Shown: positions 1-28,429 of the stretch, piece after piece | Layout of the letters: every line of letters starts with the position of its first letter | Numbering within the stretch: position 1 is the first letter of the stretch | Source of the DNA: Tubiluchus corallicola | Lineage: Eukaryota > Animalia > Priapulida | Length of the DNA: 64,000 nt | Direction of reading: 5' to 3' | NCBI GenBank assembly: GCA_030141605.1 | Contig: JAQGDQ010000168.1 | Span: 124,001-188,000 of the forward strand | The notes under the pieces: model-generated | Told to the model about the DNA's origin: nothing | Database searches by the model: none | The model's input: the letters and a program-made list of their open reading frames with translations, nothing else | Made by a program: the position numbers and the translations under genes

Positions 1-764
1 CTTGCTACTTAACATGCCACGCACCTGCACCCCTGTACCGGGTCATAGATACCAAAATTATACTCCAGAAGCTCTGGAAGCTGCCATACATGCCGTCAAG
101 AATACCAACAGGACAATCAGCGCAGCGGCGAGGCAATTCGGAGTTCCAAGAAAGACCCTTTCTGACAAACTCTCAGGAAGTCATCCGCGGAAGACCGGAG
201 GTCAGCCAGTGTTCTCCGCCGCCGAGAAGCACGAAATCGCCAACACTCCAAGTGGCCGCTGAGTGGGGGTTCCCAATGACTGCCATCGATCTCCGACTAC
301 TGATTAAGAGTGTTCTTGACGCGAAGGGAATCCAGGAACGACGACACAAGGCAAACACCCCTGGAATAGACTTTGTCAAATCATTCGCCCGAAGGAACAA
401 TCTGGTTTTCAGAGTGGCTGGCAACATCAAGGGCGCCCGCGATAAGATCAGTGCACAAGACGTTCAAGCCTTCCTTGCCAACGTAGAAGTTTCTATTTGA
501 AAACTAAAACTAGACATTTTTCATAATTTTTTCATAGGGTGGCGAACTCACCCTCAACCAGCCAATCACAACCAGTTAACTTCAGCTGCCTAGAATGGCA
601 TTAAACAGTGTTAAATTGTTAGTGGCGAATTCACCCCACGATAGTGTTTCATTCGAAAGGCAATATAAAGCTTGAACTAAGAAAATCGGTTGGGTAATTC
701 TCTTGCTATGGCAGGAAACGTAAAAAATACCCCTAAAAAGTGGCGAACTCACCCCGTCTTACGG
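1..764 (+). mobile_element. Non-autonomous pogo/Tigger-like DNA transposon, copy 1 (5' end outside window)
   Basis: Encodes an HTH_psq-like peptide (YTPEALEAAIHAVK...SAAARQFGVPRKTLSDK) and, frameshifted, a CENP-B-type HTH (AEWGFPMT...GIDFVKSFARRN). Ends in GTGGCGAACTCACCCCGTCTTACGG followed by TA. Near-identical to 29111-30078. No DDE domain. Confidence 0.9.
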
Positions 765-907
765 TATATTATGCTTACAGCCGTGAGACTTTAAATCTTT
801 TCACATAATTCATGCATGTTGTGTCATCATTCCAAGTCTCTCTTTTCCACATCTTTCTGCACATTGATTTTCATTAGCTATCTATCAATTTCATCAGATT
901 TTTCTCT

Positions 908-2324
908 TTGTTTCATCTCTTTTCTCTTACCCTTTCTCTAATAAATGGTAAACCTCGTCAAGATCCAATTTTAGAAGTCATATATGTTCGGTCCCAATTC
1001 AGATATTCTCTCCGAAGCATGCAACAGAAACGAACGAGCGACCGAATAGCCTACAGATATATGCACTGTAATTCATATCAATTCTGGGCATCCATTAAAA
1101 AGGAGTCGAATTCTAAGCTACCCCTCCCGTCCCGCATTGGGCAAACCTCTGGCGAAAAGCACGTATGTGATATTTGGAAGAACCACTACCAGGCACTTCT
1201 TAACTCTGTTGACAATTGCAATCTACCAGTTAGGCTAAAGGAATTTCTGACTACCAGCCTAAACAATGCTCCTGCAATCACTGTAAGAGAGGTTCAGGAT
1301 GCCATGTCTAGCCTGTCTCGCTATAAAAGTTCAGGCACTGATCGGCCCCAAGCCGAACATTATACATCTGACTTTCTACTGACTTTCTACCCATATTGCT
1401 AGCTTTAATTTATACAACTTGCATTGCTCATAGTTTTCTTCCAAATGCACCCATGCTTTCAGTGTTTGTGTCTCTTGTTAGAAACAAAAACAATGATATC
1501 ACGGATGTAAACAATTGTAGTCCCATAGCTCTATCACCCACCAGTAGTAAAATTCTTGAATATGTGTTACTCTATCGATATAAATATTGTATTCATACTA
1601 CACCAAAACAGTTTGGCTTCGTAGACGAATTGAGACCGAATTATATATCAACAGTCTCAAAGAAATCATTGATTACTACATTTCCAGGCAAAGCACCGTG
1701 CACATTATTTTTATTGATGCGTCTCAAGCGTCTGACCGTGTTAATTATTTCAAATTATTTTTAAACTGTTAGCCACTGATGTGCCCAACGTTATTATTCA
1801 TCTTTTAGTTTTTTATTATACAAAACAAGGTCTGTTAATTAGGTGGGGGCGGCACCAATCTAGTATATTTAACGTTCGTAACAGTGTTCGTCAGGGAGGT
1901 ATTATATCTCCTATGTTATTTAACTTGTATATCATTGACCTAAGTCAGAGGCTTAGCTCTTCACAGTATGGTTATCATATTGCTCATTTATATACGAATC
2001 ATCGGATGTATGCAGATGATGTGTGCTTATTAGCCACAACCACAACTGCACCACAAAAACTTGTTTATGTACGTTGATTATGCTAAACAGCAAGATATTA
2101 TTATTAATGTCGAGATGACTAAATTGGTCTCGATAAAGTCATGTGTTCTTAAAAATGTGGCAAATGGCTCCGATAGCATCGAAGGAACTTTGGCAAAGCC
2201 CTCCAAACAGGAGAAATACTTAGGGCATATGATTTCTGATAATAATGCAGGTGATCTTGACATTATTAGACAAAGAACAATTTATTATTCTAGGGCCAAC
2301 CAACTGACGTCTAACGTAATGTAA
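908..2324 (+). mobile_element. Degraded non-LTR retrotransposon (LINE) reverse transcriptase fragment
   Basis: Broken ORFs with RT motifs: NNCSPIALS (NYRPI-like), QFGF, FIDASQASDRV (D.SKAFD-like), SVRQGGIISPMLFNLY, MYADDVCLL, EKYLGH. Multiple frameshifts and stops. Confidence 0.85.
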
Positions 2325-2329
2325 ATCAT

Positions 2330-3290
2330 TTTCGTTGACTGCCCAATCAGCGTGCCAAGTGAATTCACACCCATGCAGAGCTTAATTAGCGCAGGAACGT
2401 TCGGGACATTTAGCTACAGCTCCGTCTGACACTGTTATGAAAAATATTAAGCTTTTTATTAGTTAGTTGGAGAAATATTGCAAATGGATTGGTGGAAATA
2501 TATAGTCTAAAAATGCACAACGCTTACGTCTATGAGTTGCTGATTAAAACTTTTTGCAGTCAAGAAAATACGCAGTTTAGTTTATGGCTTTGCAAGTTAG
2601 GTAAAAACAACTACTTAATTAACTTTAAATAAGGACAAAACAAAATGTTTTCTTTTCTGGACAGTTTTTATAAACCTCAATGATATATTCACAGCCAAAA
2701 TTAATTCAAATGTGGTCAAAGCCTATATTATACATCAATGTAGTATTAGCTATTTTACGCTATTTTCTGGTTATAATCATGGTTAAAAGACGCCATTGGG
2801 ACTTATGTAACTCGGGCATTCAATATAAGGGTCGTCAATAGAATGGAACAATCAAATTTATTCCATTTCCGTAGCATAACAAACGGAAAAATACAAAAAC
2901 TTGCAGACGAGTTTGCAGACGAGCACATGATATTAATATAGAAAAATACATCGCAGTCATGGTATGTTCGTATGTTTAAAGGCAAGAGAGACTTAATATT
3001 TTTGTTGCTCATTTATTGTAAAGCAAGGGTAACTGACTTAGTTTCTTTTTTATCATACTTATGTCTCTGTATTTTGTAGTGCTTTGAAACTTCGTCTCTA
3101 CATTCTGTTTAAATTGAAAAGTCATTTTTTGGCTACTTGAAGTGTTAATTTCGTGTAATAATAGCTGCTCTGCAAATTTGTGTTTATGAAAAAGTGCAAT
3201 CAATTTATCTGTTGATCAGTCATTAGTTATGACTGTCATGTTATTTAGTTTAGTTTAGACAGTTGTTGTCCAGCGTGAGCTGTTGTCCCG
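2330..3290 (-). repeat. Old interspersed repeat, copy A (inverted homologue of 28430-30210)
   Basis: Reverse complement matches blocks near 28430-29100 and 30110-30205, e.g. TCTTTTAACCATGATTATAACCAGAAAA and CACGCTGAT..CAGTCA. Boundaries approximate. Confidence 0.7.
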
Positions 3291-5190
3291 AATGCCGCTG
3301 AGCATGCTGACGTTACAGCGGAGGCGGAGCGATAGACCAATGTGTTTGACGTCACTTAATTAGACGTTTTGGCAATTGCTCACTTGCTGTCAAGAAGTAT
3401 CTCTTTAATTCCTACTGCAGAAGTTTTTATTGTATAGCCACATGGCGCCATTAAAATTTATACAATCTGAGCAAATTAAAAGTTGCCTATAATATCTCTA
3501 TTAGAAAGTTTTTTAAATATCCTTATGACGCTAGTTCTAGAAACATTACAAGAAATCTCAATATTAGATACTTCGGTGTTATCAATAGAAAGTGTGTACT
3601 TAGTCTTTGTAGTAGAGTTGCTATTAGTGAGAATGATATTTGTAATCACTTAAGTGAATGTGATGCATTTTTTACTATTTCCATTAGAAAGAAATGGATA
3701 GAACTTCTTTATTGTTTTGGTAATGCCTTGCCGATGTAATTTTTTTACTAGTTTATTCATTCAATTACTTTGTGTGTCACTAGCTAAGTCATAATTGTAA
3801 ATGTTTATAACTGTTGTATTTAGTCTTTTGTCCTGAATGTATAGCAGGTTTTGTATACGTGCAGATTTTCGTCCCGAAGGAAATTGCTCTCGCCTATTGG
3901 AGCTGCACACCATCATCTTTGAAGCAAGCTCTTCTAGAGTTTGGCGTGTCTGCGTGGACAGAACTCTGGCCGTATGGACTATGATCGTCCAGTATCAAAA
4001 ATTTTACCTGTCTCATTGAAGAACAAGGATCAGGACCACATTTTGGGCGTGGAAGAGTGGTCCAGCCAGCGTTTGAATAAATAAGTTCACGTATATTGTT
4101 GGCTTCAATCCAGTTTGAGCTAGTGGATTTTACACTCACTTGTGCACATTGTCTTGAAGCGATTACGGGACATCCACGCTCATTTTTACCGTTATTTTCG
4201 TGCAGATTTTATAAATACATGGGTTATAATGCTATAACAGATATTGTGCTCATTGGTGAAATGATATGTCACAAAGTGTAAAATAAAAATTAGCGATTTT
4301 TAACCTAATCTGACATGTTCAAATTTATGGCAAGATTTGCAATAATTTTTATAATTCCTCTGCTTTGCACATCTATTTGCTAATAGTTAAATGCAATTGT
4401 CCTGTTTTTTACGAATTTGAATAATGTCGTGCCTGTAGGAAATAATTGGCATAATAAACTTTATGTATGCATTGCATTATACAGAGCTTTGAGACTAATT
4501 TGCTAACTCACAATTATGAACACATCATATGCTGAGGCGTTACCCTGCTGATACTAACCGAACCGTAAGCTAATTCAAATTTACTCATGTGTAAGAATAA
4601 AAAGTAAGAAGAGTTGAAGCAAGACCGCTTTCAAGGCAAACAACATAATTTACATTAATTGGTATCACAAGTATTACTCCTGATGTAAGTTTGTAACTAC
4701 ACGCGAACTCCTTTCTGTGCTTGTAGCAGCAGAAAGGGTGGTCTGGTGTCACTATTTGTACTTGAGTGGTTAAGAAGACTGAGAAAGGTGCGTGAAAAAG
4801 ATCTCAGAAACATTAGCAGTGGCAAATGCAGAGAGCAACTGTCTGAGATTTTTTGCATTTCTTACTGAAATGATGTTTTTCCTGCATCATGAACATACAA
4901 ACTTATTGGGGCTTCTAATTTACACTATAAATCAGATAGATTAGTACGACCTCAATAAATAGTGGAACTCGAATCACTGTTTTTATTTTAACAAATAAGA
5001 TGTGAACAGTTTCAGGTTTATGCAGATTGTGCGTAAATGTTGGCTTAATCAACACAAGTACCTTTTAGATTAAAAATTTAAAAAAATATTTAAACTTAAT
5101 AATAAAAAATGCTGTGATTACATGATCCTACACTATAGAATATCGATTTTTTTGCAGACTTTCTGTTAATTTTGGACACACCAGGCTGGT

Positions 5191-21109
<15,919 letters not shown>

Positions 21110-22899
21110 GGCCGAAAACTTGTATGAAACATATGAAACTTGCACAACACGAAGTGGCAGCCCTCGAGGCTTTTGCGTAATATATATCACACATTAAATT
21201 TATGTTTTAACTACAGCAACTTGATTACACCAGCTAAGCTGTTTCAACAGGAGACAATTGCACATTTTAGCCATGGCGGCTTGAATTACTGTTATACCAA
21301 CAGATTTAATCAGTGATACCTAACTCAACTTCCTGAAATTAATACAAATTAACCAGTTGCTTACAAGAAACGGGCAATAGAAGTCTTGTGTCAGTCTTAT
21401 ACTGCAAAATGATAGCTTGCATTTTAACCAGTCAGAAGTGCACCATGTTTTCTAATATGGAACAGTATTCATTACTTCCTACATCATGTACACAGCAAAA
21501 TTTGCTTACGCAAACAGTGTATAAAACTTCTATCACTAAGATTTGCTGCTTCTATGACGCCTATAATTTTTCATAAATTAGACAAGGTATGGCTATATGG
21601 ATCCCTGCAGTGGGGAAGCTGACACGACTTGATGATGACAATGGCCATGATAGCTGTAAAGGTAACAATGAATAAAAGCCGTTTGGTAGCAACTGATATG
21701 CTGGGGTGTTAGCTGACGTCCAAGAAATTTCAACTACGATCTTTCGCTGCCTTTTCTAAATTATTTATTTCATAATTTTGTTGCAGAATACATAGATGGT
21801 TTGATTTGGGATCGTGCATTTGAAACACCTGAAGTGGAATTTGTCCGTGACGTAAAGCGAAGAATAAGTGGTGATGATGATAGCATAACAAGATTTTAGA
21901 CACTTTTTTGCTTATAACTGGACCATTTACAAATGGTTCAGAAAAGATTTTCCAAAATGAAAGAAGTAAATGGCGCCACATCTCAAAAGTTAGGGGAAGC
22001 ATCATTCAACAAGAGTTGTCCCAGAATATCGGAATGGGCTGAATCTAATTTCCTCGAAAAAATGTAATTGTACGTTGCAAAATGCCCAGGAAGGATTACT
22101 TATAAGTGCACTCTGTTAGCGAAAATTTTGGTTAAAATGAGAAAAATAAGAGAAGAAACAGGATAAAGCATTTATAAACTTGAATGCACGTAACATTTCG
22201 AAGCAATAATTAACTTGTGGATGTATGATGGATGAATTTGTAGGTGGACCAAAACATGACTTTGTACTACTTATATTTATACATATATATAGCGCAATGC
22301 TATTTGAGTGTTGTTAGATTAACTTATGCAAAAATTCATTGTAGGAACAAAATTATGGTGTTGAGGCTTTGAGTAGACTAATACTAACCCTCGCAAGAAT
22401 CAGAAATGAAGAGACACATGACCGTTGAAATTGTCTGTTTTCACTGTAGTTGATAAAGTTGTAGTATTATTTGTTTTGAGTTGTATATTATTTGTTTGTA
22501 TTTAGGATTGATGCTGTAAGTTAGCAAGAAAACAATTTATTGTCTTTATCTTATAGTATACCTAAGGAAATTGATGTGGTTTTACCTACAACAATAAAAG
22601 AAAATTAACACGTAAATAAATTCAATCAATTGTCGCTACATAAGTGCTAATAAAATATATACAGCGATGTAGTGCATATTGCAAATTTACTGAAATTTAA
22701 TTTTGGTAGCTCGAACTGCAGCAGGATAGAAAGAATTTGAAGTGCTTGTGGTTTTCGCGTTAATTGAACGCTGTCTACATCCAGAGAGGAACATTTCAAA
22801 AAAATTATTACTTGGATGACATTATTTCATTAATGATATCTTTCGCTCTCTTTGCGACGTTAGTTTCACACAAATGTGCCATAAGTCGCTGTTCAATTC

Positions 22900-23750
22900 C
22901 TATCATTTGTGAAGCGAGTTTAACAACTTAAACAAGAGCGTAGTGATCTCCCTGTGTGGTAGCGCCATACAAAACAATGAGGGATATTCTTAAGACACTC
23001 TCAGTTACTATCCGATAAAAACTCTCCATCACGGCAGGAGCAATGCTAAATGATTTAAGTTGTCTTAAAAAGTATAAACGCCGGTGAGCCTTTTTCGCAC
23101 ACAGAGCTTATTAGCTTCCCATTAAAGGTCATCCCAAAAATTGAAATGTGTAACAATTTCTACAGCTGTATTGTCTATAAGTAAACGCACTTTTCTAGCT
23201 TATTTCTAACATCTATGATAATGTCTTTTGTTTTCGAAACAAGCAGTTCTAAATTATTCAATTCGCACCATCAAATTAAATTTTGAACTTCCGAAAAATA
23301 ATTAATTTCGTTGTTATTGCGTGGTATTACCTGCAAATTTTACCATTATAGTATTTGGGGATATTCACAGTCATATTACACTAAAAACAAAGTGCATAGC
23401 ATTAGTGACAGGACGCAGCCTAGAGGAGCTCCTGCATTAAGAACTATTGAAGTAGAGAAAATGGTATCATTGTCTTTACTTAAGTCTGAAACTCGTTAAG
23501 TTATCTAGTTTGGTAGTGTAACTTTTAACTCACAGCGAATTGCAAGTTGTTACCTAATGTAATTACACGCAATTTTGTCAAGTGTCGACGTACATTGGAT
23601 ATTATACCAAGACTTTTTGATATTTCTGTTCCAATGTATTTTATGTGTGCTGCCCAATGTAGATTTCCATTTACTATAAAACCTGAGAATTTTATATTCA
23701 TACTTTTGATAGGCCTATTTCATGGCAGTTTATCAGATGTGAACTAAATT
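22900..23750 (-). mobile_element. Degraded LINE RT fragment
   Basis: Minus strand AGAPLGCVLSLML (GAPQGCVLSPLL-like), KTKDIIIDVR and a KAHRRLYFLRQL-like post-RT motif. Confidence 0.65.
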
Positions 23751-24550
23751 GATATTTTCTCGATTACTTTATTGATTATATGACCGTTAGCTCTTACATT
23801 AACGTTTTTCTGCTAAACTGCTTCTAATATCCGTATTAGTAGAACCCATGTATAGCGAGATTAGATTAAGTTTGATGTGTTTATTAGATAGCGATTGGTA
23901 CTTTTTTGCTTTCTGTCACAAATAATTATTTAACGCAATTAATTAATTAACAATTAATCATGTGCATTGGATTGGTGAGTTCTTGGTGATTTCTTAATCG
24001 ATACCTTGAAAGAGTCAAATCTTTGAAATGTTTTTGTGTCTTAAATTAACCAGAACGCGCAACTTCAATACACGAGTCACTTAAACTAATGCAAATTTCA
24101 GCATAGTAACGTTCACTCAGATATATCGCTAATTAACCAGTCTATGGTCCAATTTTTAGTGACTGATTGTAAACTTTATAAACATGTCTGTTTCATCGTG
24201 AAGCTGGATTCGTTGTCATTCATGTAATAAGTTGGTAGCCACTTTTTACATTGTGATATCACGGTAGAGTAATTTAGTATTCCATATCTCAGCGGTAAAA
24301 CGGATTTTATAGCAACACTAAATGGCGTTCTATACGACCTATCTAGGCAGTTGGGCGGAATAACTAACCAATACAATGCTTTGTTTTCCGGACTAGTTTT
24401 GTAAAACTTTTTTTATACCTCGTTTTTCAAATTCTACTTCATTTATTGCAAATGTCACGCACATTCTTTTTCTCGGGAATACTGTAACTTTTAAACCTAA
24501 GATGCGTGGTATTTTTCGTTTATTTCAATGCCTTTCAGTACATCAGTCCC

Positions 24551-26900
24551 TTAGAAATGACGGTCGTACATGTCTGATCCATCAAAAGTATACTGAGAAG
24601 AATCTCTGAAAGTCGGTACATTTGTCATCATAACTTCAACCGAATCCCAAGTTAGCTTTTCCACAGATTTTGGATACTTTGGCAAGCCACCCAGCTTTCG
24701 TATTTCGTCGACGTAAGAAAAGCAGGTGTAGGGCTCCGTTATGAAGTAATGGTTTTCTCGACCACGATACCATTTGCAAGTTCTTCTGTCAGCCAGTTCA
24801 GCTTCTGTATCAGCATTCATTTCTTCTGTAGTGGGCAGCTTTAGGGTGCCATCCAGGATTTTCAGTGCAAGAGGAACTTGCCAGCATGCTATGGTTGCTG
24901 TTTGAAAACTGTTCATCATCGCCATGAACATGATATTGGGATATTTGGTGTTAATCATGTGTTTATAAAGAGGAGAAACGAAAGTGTCTGTTACAGTTAT
25001 GCCACAATCTGTATGAAGAAACGGAAAGTTGTAGCTGTAACCGGTACAAAAGATTATATCATCAGCAGGCAATACTTGACCACTCTCCAGAGTGACACAG
25101 TCCTTGTCCATATTGATCACTTTGTCCATCAGTACTTTCAGATTAGCGGGAAAGATGCCATTGTCATATTGTTTTTTCAGGCAGAATCTATCAAAAGTTG
25201 TAACAAACAGTGTAACAGAAAAGGCGCACGTGGAAACTTCAAGTGCGATGTCAAATCCAGATGGACCACCACCAAAAAATACTACTTTCTTGCCGGTGAA
25301 TTTGTCAGGCACGCGATATTGACAACTATGCATGACAGTTCCTCGAAATTTGTCCATTCCTATTATATAGGGGATGTACGGGTCATGGTAGCCACTAGTA
25401 CAAATAAAAACAGCGTCAAAGATCGATTTCTTTGTTGTTTTATCCAAGACATTTTCCGTTTCGATCAACAACTGAGGAAAGTTTGTCTTCACTTTCTGCT
25501 CCTTGGGGATCAAAGGCCTAATTAACTTTACTGAAGTGTTAAATTTGATATTCGGAAGCAGATGGCGTTGCTCTGCATAGCTTTGCAAGTACTGCAAATA
25601 TCTTTTGTGGGGCACAAACTCACATGGCCCTATATCAGAAGGCATAGGAAAACCAACTATCGTGAAAAAGGCCATGGGCGAGTTGCTTACCAGGTTCTTA
25701 TACAAAGAAGAATGAATGCGATGACCTTCACTGTCCAATTCTGTCTTGTCCGTGTAGCGCCACATTCCTCCTGTAAAAGAAACGTCGAGGTCACTGAATC
25801 ACAATAAAAAATCAAAGAATGTCAATTTGTCATAAATGGGTCGTCATACATTTACAGTGTTCTTAACTTTCACCGGGATTATTTTTGAAAAATGCCTAAT
25901 CCAATTTGGGGAGCCTTAAGTTAAAAAGGCCTTTTCAACTGAAATATCTGGAAAAGCATTGTAAGTTCCGCTAGCAAGCTATTACATATTTCCTGTCAGC
26001 GCTAGTATTATGGCTTTTAATTGTGATCTTCCTGTATACAAAACTCCCAATTATTACTATTATTACTGACCTTTCTTCTTCAGTTCGCTTACTGTTACTT
26101 AACTTTTATATTTTAACTGCATACCAAGACATGAAACTTACAAACCTGGTCCCTCAAAATTAAAAGTCTCTCATTTTAGTCACCCATGATTAAAGCAGAG
26201 CGATTTGCTCGCCCAATGCAAAATAGCGGGTCCAAATGAAAAATCTGAAAATTAATCCGGCCCTGACTTTTAGTATAGCAAGTAAGGAATGCTGCTAGAC
26301 TACACCACAAATATGCCCATGCCTATTTCCAGTATCTTGTGAAAGTGTTTAAAGTGTCGCAATTTTTTTTACTGACTCCATTTATTAGCATTATTTGATT
26401 CGCTAGTGACACCGACTTCTTTAAATAAAAAATCACGAGAAAGTGCAGATAAGATCATTCAACAACCGTGGGTGTGATATCTTACTTATTTGAACAAAGT
26501 GATGCGACCGCCTGCAATTAGAAGTTTGACCAACTCCAGTGGAAATTCTGCCAGCAGTTAAAGGGAATCGCACACCTGACCTCTGTAATTGTCAAATTAT
26601 ACTGTTTCTATAAAATTGTTTTAGTTTTTAATTTTGACTGTGTTCTATGACCTTCAAAGGCATTATCATGAAAGGCAGTAAAAATTTACTTAATTTTAAC
26701 CTCCGAGTATATGTCTGAAGTTGCCACAATTACAGTTAAATTTACGAGACTAAATTTTATAATTGTTAGTACCTACCGACGCCCGATTGCCTTTCAAACA
26801 CCTCATGTTCAAAGTCAGGACGGCTGGTGAGTATCTCAGAAGCAATAAGACCCGACGGTCCTGCTCCAATGACAGCAATTTTCATCTTTGCTTGACTCAT
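24551..26900 (-). CDS. FMO: Flavin-containing monooxygenase (FMO, class B), ~447 aa
   Basis: Exon 1 26900-26777 (KIAVIGAGPSGL FAD motif, ERQSGVG) splices GT-AG to exon 2 25770-24551 (GMWRY). FMO motif FRGTVMHSCQY, NADPH motif GGGPSGFD, FCTGY. Confidence 0.93.
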
Positions 26901-28429
26901 TATTAGAAGTGGACGATTCTGTGACAGTCGACAGATTGACGCGTATCGTAAACAAACATTATAGTCGCTTGATCGATAAAAGCAGCCTAAACAATCTTTA
27001 TGAAGTTTGGTCCATCTACCTGGATGATAATGTTTACTAGCCAACGGTAGCCAGACAAAATCAAAAGGCTAATGTAAACTCATTTCTTACATGTAGTTGT
27101 TTATTATAGGCCAAGGACCTTCCGCAAAATATGCTGGTTAATGTGTGTCAGTTCACTATACATATTACTGTTTACTAGCTTAAGGTAACCAGGTAGAATC
27201 AAAATGCTAATACAGTCTGCAGTTAGAAAGTGAAATAAATCAGTGCTGTTGAAAATTGTGACAGACTTCAATTCTTTTACTCACCCTACTGGAGTTAACT
27301 GGCTAATAGCAACCAGTTATCACAATGTTATGTAATAGTAACCATTTGCTAGCAGATAGCAGCAACAAGTAGCTGCAACGGCAGGCAGAAGAAATTTTTA
27401 GTATTGTTCATTGTCCAGCTGATATCCTAGAATAGTGTACTTTTTTTAAATCTAGTAGCTCCTTAAACTTGGAACTGCCTGTAACTTGGTGAAAGGCATG
27501 ATTCAACGAAACTTCTGTCTATTATTGATAATACACCAATATCTACTGAAAGACTTATAAACAGATCCCCTATTCGCAGCCCTACTCGCCTACATTTTCG
27601 GAGTTTTGATATGCTGTCTAATTTTTACACTTGTTAGAAAGCTTCTGAAAACACAGACAGCATACAATTGCTTTGTAATGCAAAAATTTATTAACGAGTA
27701 TGGGTCGAGCCAGTGAAGATTGTGACACAAACCCAATTCATTAACAGTTTGACTGTTTTATCCTTGCTGACAGCCAACCTTATTGAATAACAGTGGGACC
27801 TGTAAATAAACTATCCTCTTCCTTGCCTGGTAAGTAAAATCATAAAGATATTATATTTGTAATTATGAAACCAAATAACTAAAGAAGAGTACAGGGATGA
27901 CATTCCCGCTTTTGACAAATTCGCATTATGACAAATTGCGTGTTTAGGCTTAGCATATAAACTGACTTGCTAGTCAACAACAAAAGACACTTTATTCCAC
28001 TTAAAATAACACGCACGTTTATTATTACGCAGATTTGTGAGCATCCCGCAAAACTCAAGGCTAACATAATGGCTACAGATGTAACATTAGTACACAAAAA
28101 AGTAAAGCCTAATTGTTGAGCTTTTAACAAAGATTATGTGTAAACGGTTGTTCAGATTGAGTGATGCGGTTAGGTAAAGAAACTCTTCGATGTTATAACC
28201 TTGACGGTATTGTTCTTCGTGTAAAGTTCCACAATTTAAATTAATTAGTCTTATCTGGACGGTCTTAGATGCAGAATAGTTGCTTGTTATTCCAGTTTTC
28301 CCTTAAGCTTCTTATCTGCGCAAATCTTTCCTAGAAAATTGTTTCTCTAAAGTACAACTCGGTTCGTTGCAACAAGAATTTCAACAACAACAACAAAAAC
28401 TTCCTATGACGAATTATTTGATTTCTATT

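Noticed and set aside
90-500. Programmed ribosomal frameshift joining the two transposase ORFs
   Set aside because: No slippery heptamer at the junction. A 2-nt deletion explains it, and the product would still lack the DDE domain.
3837-4281. Short overlapping ORFs upstream of Amt
   Set aside because: No domain resemblance or consistent splice model. The region may be 5' UTR or promoter, but this cannot be supported.
24878-25525. 215-aa plus-strand ORF
   Set aside because: Antisense shadow of the FMO exon, with no recognisable motifs.
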